Positions 57,590 to 64,000 of a stretch of 64,000 nt of DNA are shown here, piece by piece. The stretch is from a bacterium. Its GTDB lineage: Bacteria; Patescibacteriota; CPR2; UBA1875; JAJYID01. The stretch covers positions 24,556 to 88,555 of the forward strand of contig JAJYLR010000002.1 of assembly GCA_021787535.1 (NCBI GenBank), written 5' to 3'. Position 1 is the stretch's first letter, and the number at the start of each line of letters is the position of its first letter. The notes under the pieces were generated by a model. That model was given only the letters and a program-made list of their open reading frames with translations, did no database searches and was not told the origin of the DNA. Position numbers and translations under genes: made by a program.

Positions 57590-57611
57590 TTTAAAAGGAG
57601 GAGGTGACAAA

Positions 57612-58388
57612 ATGTCTAATATGAACGATGTCAACGATCTCTTCGAAGAGGCGGTTGAGGACGGTCTGGATGAACAAGCGAGCCAGATCATGGTAGCAAA
57701 CCTCGACGCAGTGGCGCTCGCCGGCTGTCAAGGTACAGAGATCGACCTTATCCCTGAGGATGAGGTTACACTAGTCTCTGTCATTCACGATGGCAGCGGT
57801 TCTATGAGCGGCGCGCGCGACGTGGTAGTCCAGAGCTATGAAGGCTTGCTCGACGCCTTAAGAAATTCAAAAAAGGCAGAGAGCATCTTCATTTCTGACT
57901 GGATCTTCAACACTCAGTCGGACTTAGTCCACGACTACTTGCCGGTTGAGCAAGCACCTGATCTCGGTAACAGCTACTTTCCAGGCGGCGGAACAGCTCT
58001 TTATGACACTGTTATGAAGGGCTTAAGCGGTATCGTCGCTTATGGCCAGCAGCTGAGATCAAACGGTGTTCGTACCAAGAACGTAGTTGTTGTCTTTTCT
58101 GATGGTGAAGATAACAGCTCAGGGGTTACGAACACAGAAGTCAAAAAAGTCACGAAGGCCCTTCTCGCTCAAGAGACATTCATCCTTGCCTATGTTGGTT
58201 TCACCACATACGGCATGATGAATGAAGCTGAAGTACAGCGTCTTGCTGGCGAGATCGGTTTCAATGACGTTATCGCGGTTGGCACGAGCCCTTCCGAAAT
58301 CCGGAAGATCTTCCAACAGGTAAGCGATTCTATTATACAAGTTAGCCAGTCGGCTGTTTCGTCCGGCGGATTCTTCGCCGCACCTTAA
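57612..58388 (+). CDS. von Willebrand factor A (vWA) domain protein (TerY-like)
   Basis: MIDAS DGSGSM (DxSxS), later Thr and VVFSDGEDN. Strong RBS AAAAGGAGGAGG. Confidence 0.65.
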   Translation: MSNMNDVNDLFEEAVEDGLDEQASQIMVANLDAVALAGCQGTEIDLIPEDEVTLVSVIHDGSGSMSGARDVVVQSYEGLLDALRNSKKAESIFISDWIFNTQSDLVHDYLPVEQAPDLGNSYFPGGGTALYDTVMKGLSGIVAYGQQLRSNGVRTKNVVVVFSDGEDNSSGVTNTEVKKVTKALLAQETFILAYVGFTTYGMMNEAEVQRLAGEIGFNDVIAVGTSPSEIRKIFQQVSDSIIQVSQSAVSSGGFFAAP

Positions 58389-58452
58389 GCAGCCGGTAAC
58401 TAACCTGTAGCTGTTTCTTTAAAAGAAACAAGGGGAATAATGCTTTAGCAAA

Positions 58453-58521
58453 GCGCCCCGGGCAAACGCCCGGGGTTCCCCTCCCAACATGGTCCGAAAA
58501 GGATCACCAATATGTACCTTG
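58453..58521 (+). promoter_or_regulatory. conserved leader element copy A (hairpin 1 - GGGGTTCCC - hairpin 2 - CCAATATGTACCTTG box)
   Basis: CCCCGGGC-aaac-GCCCGGGG hairpin. GGTCC-gaaaa-GGATC hairpin. Conserved box directly 5' of the RBS of ORF 58561. Confidence 0.45.
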
Positions 58522-58560
58522 GAAACCAACTATAAACTTTCTTGATTAGGAGAGATGAAA

Positions 58561-58698
58561 ATGTCCGGTTCAGATACAAGTATGATAAGGCCTATGACCA
58601 TCCAAGAACGGCTCGCCAGACTGGAAGAAGAAATGGCAAATGTCAGATTGCAAATGGAAAGAGAGAGGAGTGAAGATGATCCGCGCAGAAACACTTAG
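58561..58698 (+). CDS. small protein (45 aa), unknown
   Basis: RBS AGGAGAG 6 nt upstream. Helical RLARLEEEMANVRLQMERER. Not in the ORF track (below the length cut-off). Confidence 0.35.
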   Translation: MSGSDTSMIRPMTIQERLARLEEEMANVRLQMERERSEDDPRRNT

Positions 58699-58960
58699 GA
58701 GAATCATCGAAGATGCCGAGAGAGATATCGCTTCTACCCGTAAGTTTCTCGCCAGACAGAAAGCAGAGCTCAAGATGATCGAAGGCACCTGTCTCCACTC
58801 CTTCACGAAGTTTGTCTACGATCCAATCGTGACAATACCGGAAGCCAAGTGGCAAGGCAAGGGCCTGGTCGCGCCGGATGACATAACCGTTCGTTTCGTC
58901 AAACAGTGTGTTATCTGCGGCATGACCCGGATGGTCGAGACAGAATCGGCTCTCAACTGA
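58676..58960 (+). CDS. small Cys-containing protein (94 aa), unknown
   Basis: RBS GGAG within the upstream ORF end. CLHSF..CVICGM possible zinc-binding pairs. Start taken at Met 58676 (the track ORF 58640 has no RBS). Confidence 0.4.
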   Translation: MIRAETLRRIIEDAERDIASTRKFLARQKAELKMIEGTCLHSFTKFVYDPIVTIPEAKWQGKGLVAPDDITVRFVKQCVICGMTRMVETESALN

Positions 58961-59013
58961 CAGTTGGTCAAAGCTATTCTTTTTAAAAAAGAATGGGATT
59001 AAAGCAATGGCAT

Positions 59014-59082
59014 GCGCCCCGATGGATATCGGGGTTCCCTTCACATTATGGCGCTAAAAAGCGCCGCCAAATATGTACCTTG
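59014..59082 (+). promoter_or_regulatory. conserved leader element copy B
   Basis: CCCCGAT-ggat-ATCGGGG hairpin. GGCGC-taaaaa-GCGCC hairpin. CCAAATATGTACCTTG box. 5' of the RBS of the Nudix gene. Confidence 0.45.
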
Positions 59083-59121
59083 ACAACAGAATAAGCTAAA
59101 ATAAGAACAAAGGAGAGGATT

Positions 59122-59682
59122 GTGAAGATAATTAATGAAGAAACCTTGGCCGAAACGCCGTTTCTAAAGCTTGTCAGACTGGATTGCATAAGTCCTTTAG
59201 GAAGACGCTTGAAGTGGGATGGTACAAGGAGAGAAAACCGAAGAGCAGTCAGTGTAGTTGCCGTTACAAAAGACGAAAAGATAATTCTAGTGCGGCAGCC
59301 TCGTTACTTAATTGGCAGTGAAGTGATCGAATTTCCTGCCGGTCTCCTGGATATTAAGGGAGAAAATATGATCAAGACAGCAAAAAGAGAACTTCTCGAA
59401 GAAACCGGCTATGAGGCGACAGATTTTACCATTCTCCTGGGAGGAGAGGAAGGACTTGTCAATTCTCCCGGTATGACAGACGAAAGATCGTCTCTTGTCG
59501 TATGTAAAAATGCCGTCAAAGCCGCTGAACCGCTGGAAAATGAAGAAACCAAACCCTTCCTGCTTGATTTAAAAGGGGCTTACCAAGAATTGAAAGAGTT
59601 AGCTCAAAGGGAAGAAGTGGCCTTTAAGGTTTTCGGTAACCTGGCCCTAGCGAAAGATTGGTATGAAGGGAGGAGAAAGTGA
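59122..59682 (+). CDS. Nudix hydrolase (ADP-ribose pyrophosphatase-like)
   Basis: Nudix box GLLDIKGENMIKTAKRELLEETGYE. GTG start with RBS AAAGGAGAGG. Confidence 0.7.
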   Translation: MKIINEETLAETPFLKLVRLDCISPLGRRLKWDGTRRENRRAVSVVAVTKDEKIILVRQPRYLIGSEVIEFPAGLLDIKGENMIKTAKRELLEETGYEATDFTILLGGEEGLVNSPGMTDERSSLVVCKNAVKAAEPLENEETKPFLLDLKGAYQELKELAQREEVAFKVFGNLALAKDWYEGRRK

Positions 59683-60479
59683 AGGTATATCTGGCTATCA
59701 AACACGGGGATAAAGCTCAGTATATGGTAAAGAAACTGAGGGCGATATTTCCAAATCTGGGTATAGAAGAAATAAGTACACCCGAAGAAGCTGATAAGAT
59801 ATTCTCTGTCGGCGGAGACGGAACTCTTCTATATAACATTCAGAAATATCTCCACCTTGAGAAACCGCTTATCGGCATTAACGCCGGATCTGTCGGATAC
59901 CTCTGCCGAGCGCATGAAGACAACATGGAAGAAGACTTAAAGGAAGCATTAAACGAAGAGCCGCTAACTTTTTATGCCTTCGATGTAACATCAGAAAAAC
60001 TAGAGGAGGTGGCGATAGCGGAAGTAAGAGTAGAACGGCCCACACTTGATTGTGTCAGGATGAAAATAGTGAATAATGGTGCAACCTTAGCTCATAAACA
60101 TATCGGCGATGGCATCATTATTACAAACTCTCTGGGTTCTACTGGCTATAACGACTCGGCCGGCGGACCAATTCTCGCACTAGATGATAAGCGTGCGGTC
60201 TTAACCCCCATCTGCCCCTACAAAAGAGGAGGGGAAATATACGACTCAATCATAACCTCACAGATCTATGATGATATTGATATAGAAATCATCACAGATC
60301 ATGATGCGCGGCTGGTTCTGGAAAATCGGGGGTTTGTATTGACTGCCGGAGAGCCCGTACACATTACCTATGGCAAGAAAAAGTTCTTTCTTCACACGAA
60401 GAGAAAGGATGAAAGGAGAGAGGAAAATGAAAAAAAATCAGATACAAGCAAAACGCTTAAAACCAAAGCTCGGCTTTGA
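59679..60479 (+). CDS. nadK: NAD+ kinase
   Basis: GGDGTLL and NDSAGGPI motifs. GTG start with RBS GGGAGGAG. Confidence 0.8.
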   Translation: MKVYLAIKHGDKAQYMVKKLRAIFPNLGIEEISTPEEADKIFSVGGDGTLLYNIQKYLHLEKPLIGINAGSVGYLCRAHEDNMEEDLKEALNEEPLTFYAFDVTSEKLEEVAIAEVRVERPTLDCVRMKIVNNGATLAHKHIGDGIIITNSLGSTGYNDSAGGPILALDDKRAVLTPICPYKRGGEIYDSIITSQIYDDIDIEIITDHDARLVLENRGFVLTAGEPVHITYGKKKFFLHTKRKDERREENEKKSDTSKTLKTKARL

Positions 60480-61632
60480 TGATGTGGATGTCTATCTTCC
60501 AAGGGGCATCAAAGCTCTTGAAGCCGAGGGCCAAAACCCGATAGGTTTCTGGCGGCTCTTCCAGAGGCATGAAGGGGCTAGATTTTTTGGCATTCATGAG
60601 TTTATGAGTGCTCTCGCATCTCTGGTTCACAAGGATGATCTGGAAGACATCGTGATTTATGCAGTCCCTGAGGGCTATCAGCTGAAACGCCATGAAACGG
60701 CGGTTACGATGGAAGGTCCTGCCAGAAGTCTTCTGGCAAACGAGACGCTTCTGCATTACCTCTCGACCGGAACGCGTTTCCGCACTCTTGCCGGCGATTT
60801 CCCCTTTGATACCATAGCATCTCCCTGGGTTTTCATGGGTGCAAGGTATCTTTCTCTGGAGGATCTGACAATAGCGACCAGGGCGTTGAGCGAGGAAGGC
60901 ATTGTCTCAACCGTTCCCAGTCTGGCTGACAAAGTGATTGGCACAGAAAGCCATTCTCAGATTGCCATGTGGGGAGCGCTTAGACTGGATAGCGTGGCTG
61001 AAGAAGCCATTCAAAGCATTACGCGTGATCCGGGGACGCAGGCTACGATTCGGGCAACGGTAGCTTTTAACAAAGCAAATCCTGAGGTGCCGCTCTTTGT
61101 TCTGGGTGACTTTGCAGCCAGAAGCATTGGCTGCTTTGAAACATTCAAGGCAACCAAAAAAGCATGTGACCTTCTTGGCATCAAACTGGTTGGCGGCCGG
61201 ATGGATATCTCGAAAGCCGACTTAAACGATGAACCGATTGTGGATGCGGCCTTTGGCGGAAACTCGAAAGAAGATGCCGGCATGAAACTGCATGTAGTCA
61301 AAAAGATCCGTCAAATGTTAGACAAAGACGGCATGAGCGGTTTCAAGCTTGTTGTTTCAAGCGGGATCAAGCTTGAGGATATAGGCAAATACAGAGAAGT
61401 CGGAGCCGATATCATCGGTATCGGCGAACAAGCGGCTTACTACTTAAACCAAGGCCAATGCAACTTCACTTCAGACGCTTCCGGTTTCTTTGAAGGTGAA
61501 CGGCTGGTTCCTTTTGCCAAAGAAGGCCGGGAACTTCGGCGGGTGATGGCATCCGAAGATCTTGTAAATGCAGCCAGAGGCATCAAGATCTCCGATTCAC
61601 TAGTTCGCCATAATCTACGAAATTACGTCTAA
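60427..61632 (+). CDS. pncB: nicotinate phosphoribosyltransferase, archaeal-type (type II PRTase)
   Basis: Segments IVIYAVPEGYQL, TMEGPARSLLANETLLHYLS..RFRTLAG and FKLVVSSGIKLEDIGKYREVGADIIGIGEQ match the short NAPRTase family. Start at Met 60427 with RBS AGGAGAGAGG. Confidence 0.65.
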   Translation: MKKNQIQAKRLKPKLGFDDVDVYLPRGIKALEAEGQNPIGFWRLFQRHEGARFFGIHEFMSALASLVHKDDLEDIVIYAVPEGYQLKRHETAVTMEGPARSLLANETLLHYLSTGTRFRTLAGDFPFDTIASPWVFMGARYLSLEDLTIATRALSEEGIVSTVPSLADKVIGTESHSQIAMWGALRLDSVAEEAIQSITRDPGTQATIRATVAFNKANPEVPLFVLGDFAARSIGCFETFKATKKACDLLGIKLVGGRMDISKADLNDEPIVDAAFGGNSKEDAGMKLHVVKKIRQMLDKDGMSGFKLVVSSGIKLEDIGKYREVGADIIGIGEQAAYYLNQGQCNFTSDASGFFEGERLVPFAKEGRELRRVMASEDLVNAARGIKISDSLVRHNLRNYV

Positions 61633-61692
61633 TTAAAACGGCGGGCGCTTCACATCAAGAAGCGCCCGCTCCAAAACCAAAGGGAGAAGAAA

Positions 61693-62457
61693 ATGAAATT
61701 CGATGTACAAAAGTTCACCGACAAGGCTTGTAATTTCCTACAAAATTACATGCGAGACAATAATCTGAACAAAGTCGTCATCGGCTTGTCCGGCGGCGTT
61801 GATTCGGCCACAGCTCTTGCCCTCGCGGTAAGGGCGCTTGATCCGGACCGGGTAATCGCAGTCACTATGCCAAACGGCGTGCTCGGTTTTAAAGACCGGG
61901 ATGATGCGCGTCTTGCGGCGGAGACCTTCGGCGTAAAGGATTTGAGAGATGTCGATATCTCTCCCGCAGTAGAGACTTTCTGCGAAATGCTATCCTCGGA
62001 TCAACCGAAGTGCGTCGGTAATATTTCGGCCAGATGCCGGATGATCACTCTCTATGACATAGCCCGGCGGGAAGGTGCGATCGTACTTGGTACCGAAAAC
62101 AAGACGGAGCACTTCCTGGGCTACTTCACAAAGGCCGGCGATGAAGTGTCTGATATTGAGCTTATTCGAGACCTTTGGAAGACGCAGGTTCGCGAGCTGG
62201 CTCGTTCTTTGGGTGTTCCCAGGGAGATTATCGAGAAAGCTCCGAGCGCCCGTCTCTGGGAGGGTCAGACCGACGAAGATGAACTCGGCGTCATCTACGA
62301 ACTGGCCGACCAAATCCTGAAGGCATTGGTCGTGGACCAAAAGCAGGATGAAGACCTCGTTCGGGAAGGTTTTCAAACTCAAGATGTCGCCAAAGTCAGG
62401 GAGCTGATGGCGGGTATTGCTTTCAAGCTCCAGGATGTACCTTTCCCGAAAGTGTAA
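61693..62457 (+). CDS. nadE: NH3-dependent NAD+ synthetase
   Basis: PP-loop VIGLSGGVDSA, 254 aa. Confidence 0.85.
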   Translation: MKFDVQKFTDKACNFLQNYMRDNNLNKVVIGLSGGVDSATALALAVRALDPDRVIAVTMPNGVLGFKDRDDARLAAETFGVKDLRDVDISPAVETFCEMLSSDQPKCVGNISARCRMITLYDIARREGAIVLGTENKTEHFLGYFTKAGDEVSDIELIRDLWKTQVRELARSLGVPREIIEKAPSARLWEGQTDEDELGVIYELADQILKALVVDQKQDEDLVREGFQTQDVAKVRELMAGIAFKLQDVPFPKV

Positions 62458-62468
62458 ACAAACAAACC

Positions 62469-62497
62469 GGCCCCGCTATATGCGGGGCCATTTTCTG
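62469..62497 (+). terminator. rho-independent terminator after nadE
   Basis: GGCCCCGC-tatat-GCGGGGCC hairpin followed by ATTTTCTGATTTT. Confidence 0.75.
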
Positions 62498-62557
62498 ATT
62501 TTAAATGGTAAATTCTCTTCTTGAAAAAGTTTTGAATTTAACCTACTCTATTTAAGT

Positions 62558-63223
62558 ATGTTGGGACTTGTTATCGTAAACGGGCTGATAGACAGTTTTA
62601 ACCCCTGCGCCATAGGGATTTTTTTGATTTTCCTTTCGATGCTTTTTATGCTCAAAAAAGACAAAAAGCATATCTTTAAAATCAGCTTGGCCTATATTTT
62701 ATCCATTTACATTCTTTACCTCTTAATCGGTTTGGGTCTTATAAAGGTTATTTTCTTTCTCGGCATTCCCCACCTCATAACTTTTATCGGCGCGGTGATC
62801 ATTGTCTTGGTCGGGGTGCTTTCGATCAAAGATTACTTTTTCCCAAACTCTATGTTTTCAACCAAAATTCCTTACAGCGCCCGCCAGCTGATCTTGAAAT
62901 GGGCATATAAAGCTTCTTGGCCGGCGGCAGCTGTCATGGGGGTCTTAGTCGGCATCTCCGGTTTTCCCTGCGCCGGCGGGATCTATGTGGCAACGCTGGG
63001 TCTGCTTTCACAGAAATCTACCTTTATCCAGGGATTTTTCTACCTCTTGCTTTACAACTTGATGTTCGTGATGCCGCTCATAGTTATTTATGCGGCCACA
63101 GCCAACCAAAAAGTGGCTATGAAAATGCTGGACTGGCAGGAGAGAGAAAAAAACCACATGAAACTGATCATGGGTCTTATCATGACGATATTAGGTGTTA
63201 TAATATTTAAGTGGTATATTTAG
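62558..63223 (+). CDS. ccdA: CcdA/DsbD-family thiol-disulfide transmembrane electron transporter
   Basis: TM1 Cys in SFNPCA, second Cys in GFPCAGGIY, 6 TM. Confidence 0.7.
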   Translation: MLGLVIVNGLIDSFNPCAIGIFLIFLSMLFMLKKDKKHIFKISLAYILSIYILYLLIGLGLIKVIFFLGIPHLITFIGAVIIVLVGVLSIKDYFFPNSMFSTKIPYSARQLILKWAYKASWPAAAVMGVLVGISGFPCAGGIYVATLGLLSQKSTFIQGFFYLLLYNLMFVMPLIVIYAATANQKVAMKMLDWQEREKNHMKLIMGLIMTILGVIIFKWYI

Positions 63224-63312
63224 TTACCAAATTGGTTAGTTGTAAGTTACTAAGTTCAAAGTTATTTTGTTAAAAATTTGTAGATTAGTAAACATTCGTA
63301 ATTGGTCACATA

Positions 63313-63702
63313 ATGAAAAAGTTTGTTCCATATATTATCATAGGGGTTCTGGTCATTGGCTTTATTGGCCTGATTGGCTATGTCAAGATGAGCCAAATAC
63401 CTAATCAGCCCCAGACCAACACCAAAATTTCTGATATAGAGCCATATTTCGACCAGAATGCTACCGTGATGTATTTTTATTCGCCAAACTGCTCTCATTG
63501 TCAGGATGAGAAGTCAGTGCTCACCGATCTTGCAAAACAAGGGTATAGGGTTAAGCCGATGAATATTTTGGACCACCCGGAATACGGCAAGCAGTACAAC
63601 ATTGAAGGCACGCCGACTTTTGTTTCCCAAAAAGACCAGGCGAGAGTTGTCGGTTTCCAAAAAGAAGATGCTCTAAAGTCCTGGCTTGATCAGCACAAGT
63701 AA
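63313..63702 (+). CDS. membrane-anchored thioredoxin-fold protein (CxxC)
   Basis: N-terminal TM. YFYSPNCSHCQ active-site motif. Adjacent to ccdA. Confidence 0.7.
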   Translation: MKKFVPYIIIGVLVIGFIGLIGYVKMSQIPNQPQTNTKISDIEPYFDQNATVMYFYSPNCSHCQDEKSVLTDLAKQGYRVKPMNILDHPEYGKQYNIEGTPTFVSQKDQARVVGFQKEDALKSWLDQHK

Positions 63703-63827
63703 CCTTAGTTAAAAGTTCAAATTTAAAAATTAAAAGTTATTTTGGGAATTGTAAACATTGATAATGATTACAATTTCTTTTGATTTTACAATTTGTTTAA
63801 GATTAAAATTGAAACAAGGAGGATAAA

Positions 63828-64000
63828 ATGGAAAAACTTGAAGCCATCGAACTGCCGTATAAAAAGTTAAAAGGAATTTCGCATGATCAAATTGCCGAGC
63901 ATTTTGAGGTGCTTTATAAGGGTTATGTAGGGAAGGTGAACGCGATACGCAAAGATTTGGAAGATGGTTTTAAAGGAATGCCAAATGCAACATATGACAA
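63828..64000 (+). CDS. partial CDS at the 3' edge of the window, Fe/Mn superoxide dismutase-like N-terminus (tentative)
   Basis: RBS AGGAGG. LPY..L.GIS.DQIAEHFEVLYKGYV..VN loosely matches the SOD N-terminal helix hairpin, but the usual His residues are partly substituted. Truncated by the window end. Confidence 0.3.
   Translation, partial: MEKLEAIELPYKKLKGISHDQIAEHFEVLYKGYVGKVNAIRKDLEDGFKGMPNATYD

Noticed and set aside
57498-57611. Upstream extension of the vWA ORF (track start 57498)
   Set aside because: It overlaps the end of the PncA-like gene and lacks an RBS. Met 57612 has a strong AAAAGGAGGAGG RBS.
62917-63210. ORF 62917-63210 inside ccdA
   Set aside because: Alternate-frame ORF within a well-supported membrane-protein gene with an Arg/Gly-rich translation. 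Spurious.
1-64000. Alternative genetic code (e.g. UGA recoding as in some CPR lineages)
   Set aside because: Long, motif-complete ORFs (dnaA, recF, hppA, VirB4 ATPase and others) are intact under the standard code and terminate at TGA/TAA/TAG where homologues end.

Overview
This 64 kb window looks like chromosomal DNA from a small-genome, monoderm-like bacterium. The short proteins, T4SS-pilin-like genes and H+-pyrophosphatase resemble Patescibacteria/CPR, but that taxonomic call is inference only. The window spans the replication-origin locus: rpmH-rnpA-yidD-yidC-jag on the + strand, diverging from dnaA-dnaN-recF-dciA(DUF721) on the - strand.

Left of the origin, at 0.5-17.5 kb:
- two tandem tRNA-Ser genes bracketing a small GIY-YIG gene
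- a PilB/GspE-type pilus ATPase, ComF and an Hsp20
- a single-polypeptide wHTH-GHKL ATPase-STAS regulator
- a type IV secretion-like cluster: three tandem VirB2/TrbC-like pilin paralogs, a VirB6-like polytopic protein, a VirB3/PrgI-like protein, a VirB4 ATPase split over two overlapping ORFs, a C39-like cysteine-peptidase cell-wall hydrolase, a PEGA protein and a glucosaminidase-like hydrolase. No relaxase or coupling protein is present in the window.

Right of the origin, at 24-46 kb, is a glycan-biosynthesis cluster:
- galU, rmlA, rmlB and a truncated galE remnant
- an inserted pair of divergently transcribed secreted repeat proteins, one a subtilisin-like peptidase
- wzm/wzt ABC exporter genes, with a C-terminal extension on Wzt
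- a radical-SAM/SPASM enzyme and a three-domain methyltransferase-coiled coil-GT2-GT4 megaenzyme
- further glycosyltransferases, an O-antigen-ligase-like protein, manC and a WecA/MraY-family transferase

From 46 kb to the end of the window:
- a K+-independent H+-pyrophosphatase, a DUF3006 protein, VanW and tRNA-Asn
- an NAD salvage neighbourhood: NrtR-like Nudix-wHTH regulator, PncA-like nicotinamidase, Nudix, NadK, archaeal-type NAPRTase and NadE. Embedded in it is a PP2C phosphatase - Hanks-type Ser/Thr kinase - vWA protein triad of TerY-P type.
- a CcdA/thioredoxin pair and a partial SOD-like gene at the 3' edge

The non-coding observations worth a second look are:
- a family of ATAGTGT..ACACTAT palindromes at four promoter regions
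- a duplicated about 70-nt leader element with two hairpins showing compensatory base changes
- a promoter-plus-terminator unit with no ORF, a candidate small RNA

All functional calls come from motif reading of the translated ORFs. No database searches were run.
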